NCBI GenBank assembly: GCA_964616395.1
Contig: CAZTUT010000003.1
Coordinates: forward strand, 1 to 51,371
Length of the DNA: 51,371 bases
Origin: an uncultured Burkholderiaceae bacterium
GTDB lineage: Bacteria > Pseudomonadota > Gammaproteobacteria > Burkholderiales > Burkholderiaceae_F
Reading direction: 5' to 3'
Shown here: piece after piece, positions 35,193-44,515 of the stretch
Layout: every line of letters begins with the position of its first letter
Numbering within the stretch: the stretch's first letter is position 1
Program-made: the position numbers and the translations under genes
Notes under the pieces: generated by a model
What the model saw: only the letters and a program-made list of their open reading frames with translations
Database searches by the model: none
What the model was told of the DNA's origin: nothing

Positions 35193-36380
35193 TCAGCGGC
35201 TGATGCCGTTGACCCCGCCGGCGCCGCCGAACAGGTAGTCGAGCTGCGATCCGGCAACCAGCGCACGCAGATCGGCCGTGGTCCCGGTGGTGGCAGCGGT
35301 CCAGGTCGATCCGTCATCGCTGACGAGCACGGTTCCGCCATCGCCGGCGGCAACCAGCCGCGTCGAATAAACGACCCGCCGCAGGGTACGCGGCGTTGGC
35401 GGCGTCTGCGCGGTCCAGCTCGCCAGGTCGGTGCTCGTGATGACCGTGCCGGCATCGCCGACCGCCACGTAACGGTTACTGTAGGCGACCGAACGCAGGT
35501 TGGCCGTGACGCCGGTTGTCCGAACCGTCCAGGTCAGACCGACATCCGACGACGACAACAGCGTGCCGCCGGCACCCACTGCCACCAGCGTGTTGTTGAC
35601 GATCGCCACCGAGTAGAGGTCGACGGTCGTGCCGGAATTCACCGGGTTCCAGGTCACGGCATCCGTACTGCGCAGGATGGTGCCGTTATCGCCAACCGCG
35701 AGAAACGTGGCGAGTCCAGCTACGACACCATTCAAACGCGCGGTCGTGCCACTTGTTCGCGCAGTCCAGGTCTTGGCATCGGTGCTGGTCAGGATGACAC
35801 CACCGTCGCCAACAGCAATGGTCACGCCGAGTGCCGCAGCAGCATTGAGAGCCGTTGTCACGCCCGAGGTGCCCGCGACCCAGGCCGCGCCAATCTTCGA
35901 CTCCCGCGTGTACAGCAGGCCGCCTGCACCGACCGCCACGTAGCCGCCTGTGGCGAGGCTGATTGCGTTGATGTCGCCAGGCAGCGCAGCGCCCAGTGTC
36001 CAGGAGCCACCCGCAAGCCGCGGCACGGCCGCGATCGACGTCGTGGCGGGTCCGGCCGCGCTTCCGTTCTCAGTCGCGTTGATCAGGAAAGAATAGGTGG
36101 TGCCGTTGGTCAAGCCCGTGATCAACTGGGGCGAGGTGGCCGGCTGGGTGATCCGTGCGCTCGGAAAGTCGCGATAGTTGTCGCGCGTGATGCTGGGCGC
36201 GGCCGCACTGAAGACCCAGTAGGTGAGCCCCGGCTTCTGGTCCCAGGTGACAACAACCGATGTATCCCCGGGCTGCACGGTGAAGCCCGTCGGGACGCCC
36301 TGCGGCGCATTGTCCTCGTTGCCGCCGCATGAAAGCAGCAGGGTTGCCGCGGCGATGACGACAGCGCCTCTCAGAAACAT
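35193..36380 (-). CDS. Lipoprotein with an N-terminal FN3-like domain and a BNR/Asp-box beta-propeller
   Basis: The lipobox is LLLSCGG. The FN3-like segment runs (GFTVQPGDTSVVVTWD...LTNGTTYSF). Then come about 7 repeats of roughly 40 aa carrying SxDxxxW Asp-box variants (STDAKTWT, STDAVTWN, SSDVGLTWT, STDLASWT, SDDGSTWT). The start is at the internal ATG 36380. The track ORF extension overlaps the tRNA. Confidence 0.8.
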   Translation of the reverse strand: MFLRGAVVIAAATLLLSCGGNEDNAPQGVPTGFTVQPGDTSVVVTWDQKPGLTYWVFSAAAPSITRDNYRDFPSARITQPATSPQLITGLTNGTTYSFLINATENGSAAGPATTSIAAVPRLAGGSWTLGAALPGDINAISLATGGYVAVGAGGLLYTRESKIGAAWVAGTSGVTTALNAAAALGVTIAVGDGGVILTSTDAKTWTARTSGTTARLNGVVAGLATFLAVGDNGTILRSTDAVTWNPVNSGTTVDLYSVAIVNNTLVAVGAGGTLLSSSDVGLTWTVRTTGVTANLRSVAYSNRYVAVGDAGTVITSTDLASWTAQTPPTPRTLRRVVYSTRLVAAGDGGTVLVSDDGSTWTAATTGTTADLRALVAGSQLDYLFGGAGGVNGISR

Positions 36381-36472
36381 GCGCACCGGAAATTCCTCTC
36401 TGGATCGCTGCAAAGACAAGACGACACGACTGGCTGGCGGCGCAGCTTTCCCGCTCGATGCCGACATGACGC

Positions 36473-36546
36473 TGGAGCGGGTGATGGGAATCGAACCCAC
36501 GTATGCAGCTTGGGAAGCTGCCGTTCTACCATTGAACTACACCCGC
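36473..36546 (-). tRNA. tRNA-Gly (anticodon CCC)
   Basis: The reverse complement is GCGGGTGTAGTTCAATGGTAGAACGGCAGCTTCCCAAGCTGCATACGTGGGTTCGATTCCCATCACCCGCTCCA. The acceptor stem is GCGGGTG/CACCCGC, the anticodon loop is CTTCCCAAG and the T-loop is GGTTCGATTCC. Confidence 0.95.
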
Positions 36547-36811
36547 CTCGCAATCGAGTTTAACTCAGCCGCCTCGCTCGACCGGCCATCGTTGAGAGCA
36601 AGCCGCGCACCAAGACCGCGGGGGCAGTACGCCTGATACCGCCCGCCTCGCGGCATGCCCGGCGGCGCGCCAGCGATACCCGCCTGCGAGGTGATCGCCC
36701 CTTGGGGGGGCTGATCGCTGACGGACGCGGCGGTATGCTCAACCGCTCTGTCCCCACTGTTTTCGCGGCACCCGTGTCCTTCCATCGCAATCGTTTTTGT
36801 TGGGCAGCCTG

Positions 36812-38317
36812 ATGCCTTGCATGGCTGCTCGCTGGCTGACCTGGATCGTGCTGTTCGCGAGCTGCCTGTGCGCGGCCTCAGCGGCGGCGGCACGCGGCAT
36901 GGCGCAGGTCGATGCGCTGCTCGCCGTGAATCCGGGAAAGACCGGCGTCTACGTTCTCGATGAACCGCAGGAAGCCCTGCTCGCACGGGCCTGGCTGGTT
37001 GAGCAGGCCGAGCACTCGATCGAGGTCCAGTACTTCATCTGGAGTACCGACAACATCGGCATCCTGGCGGCAGAGGCGCTGCTGCGCGCGGCGGATCGCG
37101 GCGTCCGCGTGCGCGTGCTGGTCGATGACCTGATGATCGACGCGCCCGACAAGTCCCTGCTGGCGCTGGCCAAGCATCCTGCGGTCGACATCCGCATCTA
37201 CAACCCCCGGACCTCGGTCGGCGTGCCGCTGCTGACCCGCGCACTCAATGTGCTGACCGACTTTCGCGCGGTCAACCAGCGGATGCACGACAAGACGCTG
37301 ATCGTCGACGGCAAGGTCGGCATCACCGGCGGGCGCAACATGGCTACCGAGTACTTCGACTACAACCAGCGTTACAACTTTCGCGATCGTGACGTGGTGC
37401 TGCTCGGCGGCGCGGTGCAGGCGATGGGGTCGAACTTCGAGGCGTTCTGGGCCAGCCCGTTGGCCGCCCGGGTGGAAGACCTGTATGACGGCGTCGGCCT
37501 GATGCAGAAGAACGTCAAGGTTTCCGACGCCGAGGTGCAACAGATCTACCGAGCGCTGGCCGACTATGCGCGTGCGCCGGAGAACTTTGCCCCCGAGGTC
37601 AGGCGTGCCATCGAGGCAACGCCGGGGTCATTTCCGCGTGTGGCGCGCAACATCACGTGGACCCGCGTGGAGTTCATCCACGACAAGCCAGGCAAGAACG
37701 ATGGCGCCGCTGGCCTCGGCGGTGGCGGCGACAGTACCGCCGCCCTTGCGCGCCTGGTCGGTGCCGCGCAGCGCGACGTCGTGATCCAGACGCCGTATCT
37801 GGTGCTCTCGGATCGCGCGCTGGATCTGTTTCGCAGCCTCCGCGCGCGCGGCGTCCGCGTGCGGATCAGCACCAACTCGCTGGCCTCCACCGACAACCTG
37901 CCGGCATTCAGCGGCTACCGCCAGCAGCGGCGAAAGCTGCTCGCAATGGGCCTGGAGATCTACGAGTACCGCCCCGATGCGCAGGTACAGCGGCGCATGA
38001 TGCAGCAGCGCGTCGTCACACCGCGCGATCCTCAGCCGATCTTTTCGCTGCATGCCAAGACGGTCGTGATCGACGGAAACATCGTCTGCATCGGTACCTA
38101 TAACCTGGACCCGCGCTCCGAGAACCTGAACACCGAAGTCAGCGCCGTGATCCACGATGCCGGCGTGGCGCAAGCCGTGCAGGCGCTCATCGAAACAGAC
38201 ATGGCGCCTGGCAACAGCTGGAATGTCGCGCGCGATCCGGCCGATCCGATGGTCTCGTACTGGAAAAACGCCGCAGTCCGAGCACTGCAGTGGCTGCCGC
38301 TTCGGCCGCTGCTCTGA
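36812..38317 (+). CDS. Secreted phospholipase D-family protein (two HKD motifs)
   Basis: The signal peptide is AARWLTWIVLFASCLCAASAAAA. The HKD motifs are MHDKTLIVDGKVGITGGRNM and LHAKTVVIDGNIVCIGTYNLD. The start is ATG 36812 or 36821 (the track uses TTG 36797). Confidence 0.85.
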   Translation: MPCMAARWLTWIVLFASCLCAASAAAARGMAQVDALLAVNPGKTGVYVLDEPQEALLARAWLVEQAEHSIEVQYFIWSTDNIGILAAEALLRAADRGVRVRVLVDDLMIDAPDKSLLALAKHPAVDIRIYNPRTSVGVPLLTRALNVLTDFRAVNQRMHDKTLIVDGKVGITGGRNMATEYFDYNQRYNFRDRDVVLLGGAVQAMGSNFEAFWASPLAARVEDLYDGVGLMQKNVKVSDAEVQQIYRALADYARAPENFAPEVRRAIEATPGSFPRVARNITWTRVEFIHDKPGKNDGAAGLGGGGDSTAALARLVGAAQRDVVIQTPYLVLSDRALDLFRSLRARGVRVRISTNSLASTDNLPAFSGYRQQRRKLLAMGLEIYEYRPDAQVQRRMMQQRVVTPRDPQPIFSLHAKTVVIDGNIVCIGTYNLDPRSENLNTEVSAVIHDAGVAQAVQALIETDMAPGNSWNVARDPADPMVSYWKNAAVRALQWLPLRPLL

Positions 38318-38393
38318 CAGGTCGGCGCCCTCGCGGGCAACGCGACAGCCGCTACCATCGCGCCTTCGATTGTGAACGCACGTGCCTGAAACG

Positions 38394-38651
38394 ATGAACG
38401 ACACCCCTGCCACCCGCCCCCTGCTGCCCGACCGTCTCTCGACCGACGCCGCCAGCCCGCACTACAACGCTGCCATCCTCGAGCACGACATCGTGGTGCG
38501 GTTCAATGGTGCCGACCGGCATGACGTCGACGAGTACTGCCTGAGCGAAGGCTGGATCAAGGTAGCCGCCGGCAAGACCCTGGACCGGCGCGGCAAGCCG
38601 CTGCTGATCAAGCTCAAGGGCCACGTCGAGGTGCTGTACCGCGAGGCCTGA
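38394..38651 (+). CDS. DUF3297-family protein
   Basis: [65 protein letters not shown] follows the DUF3297 consensus. ATG 38394 lies inside the GTG-started track ORF. Confidence 0.8.
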   Translation: MNDTPATRPLLPDRLSTDAASPHYNAAILEHDIVVRFNGADRHDVDEYCLSEGWIKVAAGKTLDRRGKPLLIKLKGHVEVLYREA

Positions 38652-38655
38652 CCCG

Positions 38656-39384
38656 ATGGCCAACGACGACGGCGCCGCGGCCCCGACCGCCGGCGCGGAT
38701 GACCTTCGCCGCCGCCACATCCGCAGCTTTGCGATGCGCCGCGGCCACGTGACCGCGGCACAGAAGCGCGCCTTCGACGAGGTCCTGCCGCGCGTGTCGG
38801 TTCCCTACGCCGCTGCGCCGCTCGACCTGGAGGCCGCCTTCAGCCGGCGCGCGCCGTGCGTGCTGGAGATCGGCTTCGGCATGGGCGACGCCACCGCGCG
38901 CATCGCCGCGAGCCGGCCGGATGTGAACTTCCTGGGCGTGGAGGTATTCGCAGCTGGCGTGGGCGCGCTATGCAAACGCATCGACGAGATGGCGCTCGCC
39001 AATATCCGGATCATCCAGCACGACGCGGTCGAGGTCGTGCGCGACATGCTGGCCGATGCCACGCTGGCCGGCGTGCACATCTACTTTCCTGACCCGTGGC
39101 CGAAGGCGCGTCATCACAAGCGCCGGCTGGTCAACCCGGAGTTCGTTTCGTTGATCGCGCCGCGAATTGCGCCCGGCGGCTACCTGCACTGCGCGACCGA
39201 CTGGGAGCACTATGCGCAGCAGATGCTCGAGGTGCTCGGCGCGCAGCCGCTGCTGGCGAACCTGCATGCCGGTTTCGCGCCGGGTCAGTCCAATCCGCTG
39301 GTCGAGCGGCCCACCACCAAGTTCCACGCGCGCGGCGCGCGGCTCGGACACGGGGTGTGGGATCTGGTGTTCGCGCCGCGCTGA
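38656..39384 (+). CDS. trmB: tRNA (guanine-N7)-methyltransferase
   Basis: The motifs are [48 protein letters not shown] and [10 protein letters not shown]. Confidence 0.9.
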   Translation: MANDDGAAAPTAGADDLRRRHIRSFAMRRGHVTAAQKRAFDEVLPRVSVPYAAAPLDLEAAFSRRAPCVLEIGFGMGDATARIAASRPDVNFLGVEVFAAGVGALCKRIDEMALANIRIIQHDAVEVVRDMLADATLAGVHIYFPDPWPKARHHKRRLVNPEFVSLIAPRIAPGGYLHCATDWEHYAQQMLEVLGAQPLLANLHAGFAPGQSNPLVERPTTKFHARGARLGHGVWDLVFAPR

Positions 39385-39396
39385 GTTCCGGCGGGA

Positions 39397-40923
39397 TCAG
39401 CGCAGCGGTGTATCGGCGGCATCGGCCATCACCGCCCGATCGGCTGCCCAGTCGCGCAGCGCATCGATGCGCTCGGCCATGATCACCGACAGCGGCCGGG
39501 TACGCGTGATCTCGGACGCAATGGCCGCGCTGTCGAGCGGCTTGCCGGCCGCGCGGGTCTCGAACGACGCGCCGATGATGGCCTGCTCGATTTCCGCACC
39601 GGAAAAGCCCTCGGTCTGCGCCGCCAGCGCGGTCACGTCGAACGCAGCCGGATCGAGCCCGCGCTTGCGCAGATGGATCGTGACGATCTGCTCGCGCGCC
39701 GCCTGATTCGGAAAATCGACGAAGAAGATCTCATCGAAGCGGCCCTTGCGGATCAGCTCCGGCGGCAGCAGCGAAATGTCGTTGGCGGTGGCCACGATGA
39801 AGACCGGCCGCTTGCGCTCGGCCAGCCAGGTCAGCAGGCTGCCCAGCACGCGCCGCGACACGCCGCCATCCTGCTCGGAATCCCCGCTACCGGACACGCC
39901 CTTTTCGATCTCGTCGATCCACAGCACACAAGGGGCCATCCCCTCGGCCGCGGCAAAGGCCCGCCGCAGATTGCGCTCGGTCTCGCCGTAGAACTTGTTG
40001 TAAAGCGCGCCGAAGTCCAGCCGCATCAACGGCACGTTCCACTCGCCGGCGATGGCGCGCGCCGTCAGGCTCTTGCCGCCGCCCTGCACGCCCAGCAGCA
40101 CGATGCCGCGCGGCCGGTCAACGGCGCCCTCGTCCATCGCTTCCATGAACGGCTCGCGTCGCAATGCAACCCAGCGCTTCAGATTGGCCAGGCCGCCCAC
40201 GTGCTCGAACCGGACCGTACTGCTCTCGAAGCCCAGCGCATCGGTACCGCCCATCGCCTCATGTTTTGTCTGCTGCACGCGCCGCAGATCAGCCGCGTTG
40301 ATCTCGCCGTCAGCACGCAGCGCCTGCCGGACCAGACGGCGCACGTCGTCGTGCTCCAGGCCGATCAGGTGCAGCACCAGCTGGTCGATGATGGCGCGGT
40401 CGGCGCGGGGCTTGTCGCCGGACTGCGCCCGATACTGCGACGCTTCATCGGACAGGATCGCGCGGATGTCATCCCGCGTGGGCAGATGCGGCCTGAAGTG
40501 CGCGGCCAGCCGCAGCAGTTCGGGCGGCATCTCGTCGAACACCGGACTGATGAACACCAGCGTGCGCGCAGTCCGGAAATGCTCGAGCGCAATCTCGCGT
40601 ACCAGGCGGCTGTTGACCGGGTCTTTCATGCCCGGGTGGGCATCGCACAACACGTAGACGCCGTTTTGCAGCGTCTTGTCGATGTGCTTGAGCGCATCGA
40701 TCAGGTTGTTGGTGTTGTAGATCGCGCCTTCCTCGGTCGAGCTGCGCGCCGGCCGCGTCAGACCATCAACGATGCTCCAGGTGAAAAGCGCCTGCTGCTC
40801 GAGGTTGGTCGCCTTCTGCAGCAGCTTGAGGATGCGCGGCTCTTCATGCGACTCGATCAGGATGATTGGCACCCGCGACCGCAGCAGCGCGCACAGTTCC
40901 CTGATTTCTTCGCTTTCGTTCAT
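39397..40923 (-). CDS. Ycf46-like AAA+ ATPase
   Basis: The N-terminal roughly 250-aa domain begins [25 protein letters not shown], as in Ycf46 proteins. The C-terminal AAA module has Walker [10 protein letters not shown], Walker [10 protein letters not shown], the sensor/arginine-finger region [21 protein letters not shown] and a lid helix. Confidence 0.8.
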   Translation of the reverse strand: MNESEEIRELCALLRSRVPIILIESHEEPRILKLLQKATNLEQQALFTWSIVDGLTRPARSSTEEGAIYNTNNLIDALKHIDKTLQNGVYVLCDAHPGMKDPVNSRLVREIALEHFRTARTLVFISPVFDEMPPELLRLAAHFRPHLPTRDDIRAILSDEASQYRAQSGDKPRADRAIIDQLVLHLIGLEHDDVRRLVRQALRADGEINAADLRRVQQTKHEAMGGTDALGFESSTVRFEHVGGLANLKRWVALRREPFMEAMDEGAVDRPRGIVLLGVQGGGKSLTARAIAGEWNVPLMRLDFGALYNKFYGETERNLRRAFAAAEGMAPCVLWIDEIEKGVSGSGDSEQDGGVSRRVLGSLLTWLAERKRPVFIVATANDISLLPPELIRKGRFDEIFFVDFPNQAAREQIVTIHLRKRGLDPAAFDVTALAAQTEGFSGAEIEQAIIGASFETRAAGKPLDSAAIASEITRTRPLSVIMAERIDALRDWAADRAVMADAADTPLR

Positions 40924-40984
40924 CGCCTGCCGCCTCCTTCTTGCGCAGCAGCCCGCCGCGGACCTGATCTGCAGCGCAGCCCGA

Positions 40985-41842
40985 TCAGTGCTGCCATGAG
41001 ATCAACCCGGTATACGAGGTCACGAGAATCACGCCACCGAAGACGATCCGGTACCACGCAAAGCCGATGAAATCGTGCGTGGCGATGTAGCGGATCAGCC
41101 AGCGGATGCACACCAGCGCCGAGATGAATGCGAACACCAGACCGACCGCGAACAGCGGCGCATCGCTCCAGCTCAGCGTGTCGCGCTGCTTGTAGACCGA
41201 GTAGGCGCCGGCGCCGATCAGCGTGGGGATCGCCAGGTAGAAGCTGAACTCGGTGGCGGCCTTGCGCGACAGCCCGAACAGCATGCCGCCGATGATGGTG
41301 GCGCCCGAACGGCTGGTGCCGGGAATCAGTGCCGCGCACTGCGCCAGTCCCACCTTGAGTGCATCGAGCGTGCTCATCGCGTCGACCGACTCGACCCGCG
41401 CCTGCCGACCACCCTGCAGATCGCGCTCGCCGTAAAGCCGCTTGTGACGCCGCTCGACCAGCAGGATCACGATGCCGCCGATGATGAATGCGGCCGCCAC
41501 CGGCACGGGATGAAAAAGGTGCTCCTTGATCGCCCGTCCGAACACCAGCGCCAGCAGCACCGCGGGCGTGAAGGCCACCAGCACATTGAGCGTGAAGCGG
41601 CGCGCCGCCGGGTCGGTCGCCAGACCGGTCACCGTACCGAGCAGGCGCTGCCGGTACTCCCAGATCACCGCCACCATCGCGCCGGTCTGGATCGCGACTT
41701 CGAAGGTCTTGGCGTTCTCGCCGGTGAAGTCGAGCAGCGACGCGGCCACGATCAGATGGCCGGTCGATGAGATCGGAAGAAACTCGGTCAGGCCCTCGAC
41801 GATGCCGAGGATCGCCGCTTTCAGATACAGCATCCAGTCCAT
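40985..41842 (-). CDS. uppP: Undecaprenyl-diphosphate phosphatase
   Basis: [30 protein letters not shown] and [10 protein letters not shown] are the BacA/UppP signature motifs. The start is at the internal ATG 41842. Confidence 0.9.
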   Translation of the reverse strand: MDWMLYLKAAILGIVEGLTEFLPISSTGHLIVAASLLDFTGENAKTFEVAIQTGAMVAVIWEYRQRLLGTVTGLATDPAARRFTLNVLVAFTPAVLLALVFGRAIKEHLFHPVPVAAAFIIGGIVILLVERRHKRLYGERDLQGGRQARVESVDAMSTLDALKVGLAQCAALIPGTSRSGATIIGGMLFGLSRKAATEFSFYLAIPTLIGAGAYSVYKQRDTLSWSDAPLFAVGLVFAFISALVCIRWLIRYIATHDFIGFAWYRIVFGGVILVTSYTGLISWQH

Positions 41843-41849
41843 GAAGGTC

Positions 41850-42398
41850 TCAGCGGGGTTCGATCCGAACCTCAAGCGCGCCGTAGCCAACCTCGACCGC
41901 GGTCGGACCGTAGGCGACATCAGCCACACGCAATTGTTGCGGGGTGAATTGATAAAGCGGCAGGTCAGGCAGCGCCGCACCCTTCTTGCCAGTCAGGCGG
42001 CCCAGGCCAAAATCGAGCATGCGCGGCAAGCCGATCATTCGTACATCATCGAGCCGCACATCCTTCAGGTCGATGCCGGTCCGCGTCTGATTCAGTTCCG
42101 GGCGGCCAGTCACGATGAAGGCCATGCCAATGCTGGTGCCGAACAGCGAGCCACCCTGGCTATCGGCTGGCACCGCGAGATTCCAGGCCAGTTCGACCCG
42201 ACCCGACACCGGCATGAAGGCCACTTCAGGCCGACGCGTGCCGAGGCCACGCACGATCTCGATCAGGCTGCCCAGATCGACCTCGATCGAGCGCTCAATG
42301 TCCTCGCGCGTCACTGACAGCGTGCGGGGCCCGTGCACGGTCACGCAGCCCGCCGCGGTGGCCAGCAGCAGCGCGGCCAGCAGGGATCTTCTGAGCAT
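41850..42398 (-). CDS. Lipoprotein, DUF1439/YceB-like
   Basis: The lipobox is LLLATAAGC and the protein is about 180 aa. The family assignment rests on size and pattern resemblance only. The start is at the internal ATG 42398. Confidence 0.6.
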   Translation of the reverse strand: MLRRSLLAALLLATAAGCVTVHGPRTLSVTREDIERSIEVDLGSLIEIVRGLGTRRPEVAFMPVSGRVELAWNLAVPADSQGGSLFGTSIGMAFIVTGRPELNQTRTGIDLKDVRLDDVRMIGLPRMLDFGLGRLTGKKGAALPDLPLYQFTPQQLRVADVAYGPTAVEVGYGALEVRIEPR

Positions 42399-42501
42399 GT
42401 CTGATTCCGTCCTCTCCGCAGGCTTGCCAGCGCGCGCCTGATCTGTGCTGCCGAACATCCGCCGAACGCCGGCCGGACACCGCGCCGATTGCCGATGCCA
42501 G

Positions 42502-43737
42502 CTACTCGTATCTGAGCGCCTCGATCGGCAGCAGCCGCGAGGCCTTGCGCGCCGGGTAGTAGCCAAAGAACACACCAACCGCGCCGGCAAAGCCCACCGC
42601 CAGCGCAATCGCCTGCGGCGTGATGTCGGTGTTCCAGTTTGCAAACTGCGCGATCAGCATCGACGCACCTACCCCGAGCGCGATACCCACCAGCCCGCCG
42701 ATCAGCGACAGCACGATCGCCTCGACGAGAAACTGGCGCAGGATGTCGCCACCGCGCGCGCCGACCGCCATCCTAAGCCCGATCTCGCGCGTGCGCTCGG
42801 TGACGCTGACCAGCATGATGTTCATGATGCCAATGCCGCCGACCAGCAGCGAGACGCTGGCCACCGCGCCGAGCAGCAGCGTCAGCACCCGGCTGGCCGC
42901 CTCCTGCGCCTGCAGGATCTCGGTCAGGTTGCGGATCGTGAAGGGCTCGTCGGCGCCCGGTTGCACGCGCAGCCGCTGGCGCAGGATGTCGCGCATCCGC
43001 TCCTCGATCACCTTCATGTCGGCGCCGTCGGCGGTCTTCACCGAGATCGAGCCGATGCGCTTCTGCCGGCCCTGCGCCTGCCCCAGCACGCGGTTGCGCG
43101 CGGTGGAAATCGGCAGCAGCACGATGTCGTCCTGGTCCTGGCCGAGCGAGTTCTGGCCCTTGCGCTCCAGCACGCCGATGATGGTCAGCGGCACCTTGCG
43201 CACGCGGATCACCTGATCAACCGGATCGGCGCCCTCGCCGAACAGCTTCTCGGCGGTGGTCTGGCCGATGATCGCCACCTTGCCGGCACCGGAAAGCTCA
43301 GCCTCCTCGAACGGCCGGCCGGCACTCAGCGCCCAGTCGCGCGCGATCAGGTAGTCGTTGGTGGTGCCGAAGTACTGGGTCGACCAGTTCATGTTGCCAG
43401 CCACCACCTGCCCGGCGCCGCGCACGGTCGGCGCAGCCACCACCACGCCCTCGACCTCGCGCGCGATGGCGGCGGCATCTTCCTCGGTGAGCGTCTGCGC
43501 CGCGCCGGTGCCCAGCCGTACGCCGCTGGCGGTGGTGGAGCCCGGGAAGATCAGGATCAGGTTGGAGCCAAGGTTGCGGATCTGGTCGCGCACCCGCTCC
43601 TGCGCGCCGGTGCCGATCGCGATCATCGCGATCACGGCCGCCACGCCGATGATCATGCCCAGCATCGTCAGCGCCGAGCGCAGCTTGTTGACGCGCAGCG
43701 CCTTGAGCGCGATGCGCAGGATCGACAGCAGGTTCAT
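42502..43737 (-). CDS. ABC transporter permease, MacB/FtsX type (4 TM plus a large periplasmic domain)
   Basis: The N-terminus is MNLLSILRIALKALRVNKLRSALTMLGMIIGVAAVI and the FtsX C-terminus is REIGLRMAVGARGGDILRQFLVEA. Confidence 0.85.
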   Translation of the reverse strand: MNLLSILRIALKALRVNKLRSALTMLGMIIGVAAVIAMIAIGTGAQERVRDQIRNLGSNLILIFPGSTTASGVRLGTGAAQTLTEEDAAAIAREVEGVVVAAPTVRGAGQVVAGNMNWSTQYFGTTNDYLIARDWALSAGRPFEEAELSGAGKVAIIGQTTAEKLFGEGADPVDQVIRVRKVPLTIIGVLERKGQNSLGQDQDDIVLLPISTARNRVLGQAQGRQKRIGSISVKTADGADMKVIEERMRDILRQRLRVQPGADEPFTIRNLTEILQAQEAASRVLTLLLGAVASVSLLVGGIGIMNIMLVSVTERTREIGLRMAVGARGGDILRQFLVEAIVLSLIGGLVGIALGVGASMLIAQFANWNTDITPQAIALAVGFAGAVGVFFGYYPARKASRLLPIEALRYE

Positions 43738-43754
43738 GATGGGGCGCCCGTGGC

Positions 43755-44504
43755 TCAGTGCTCGGCCAGCGTGCCGGCATCGTAGGCCGCGAGGTCGGCC
43801 GCGGCATCGCGCGGCGCCTGCCGCACATCGCGCAGCACGCGGCCATCGCGAAAGGTGATCAGCCGCCCGGCAAAGGCGGCGACATCGTGCTCGTGCGTGA
43901 CCAGCACGATCGTCATGCCCTGCGCGTTGAGCTGCTGCATCAGCGCCATGATTTCCAGCGAGGTGCGCGAGTCCAGCGCCCCGGTGGGCTCGTCGGCCAG
44001 GATCAGCGACGGGTCATTGACCAGCGCGCGGGCGATCGCCACGCGCTGCTGCTGACCGCCCGACAGCTGCGCCGGATGATGATCGGCACGGCTGCCCAGA
44101 CCCACCTGCGCCAGCTTGGCGGCGGCGCGCCGCTGCCGCTCGGCCGGCTTGACGCCGGCATAGATCAGCGGCAGTTCCACGTTTTCCAGCGCCGAGGTCC
44201 GCGGCAGCAGGTTGAACTGCTGGAAAACGAAGCCGATCCGGCGATTGCGCACCGCGGCCAGCTGGTCGGGCGACATGCCGGCCACGTCGTCGCCTGCCAG
44301 CCGGTAGCCGCCGCTGCTGGGTCGATCCAGGCAGCCGATCATGTTCATGAAGGTCGACTTGCCCGAGCCCGACGGCCCCATCACGGCAACGAACTCGCCG
44401 GCCTCGATGCCGATGCTCACGCCGGCCAGCGCATGGACGACCGTGTCGCCCAGCGTGTAGTCCTTGCGCAGGTCGGTGGTCTCGATCAGCATCGCTGCAG
44501 TCAT
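43755..44504 (-). CDS. ABC transporter ATP-binding protein (MacB/LolD-type ATPase, separate polypeptide)
   Basis: The motifs are GPSGSGKST, the Q-loop FVFQQFNL, LSGGQQQRVAIARAL, LILADEPTGALD and VLVTHE. Confidence 0.9.
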   Translation of the reverse strand: MTAAMLIETTDLRKDYTLGDTVVHALAGVSIGIEAGEFVAVMGPSGSGKSTFMNMIGCLDRPSSGGYRLAGDDVAGMSPDQLAAVRNRRIGFVFQQFNLLPRTSALENVELPLIYAGVKPAERQRRAAAKLAQVGLGSRADHHPAQLSGGQQQRVAIARALVNDPSLILADEPTGALDSRTSLEIMALMQQLNAQGMTIVLVTHEHDVAAFAGRLITFRDGRVLRDVRQAPRDAAADLAAYDAGTLAEH

Positions 44505-44515
44505 CCGGCGCGGAA

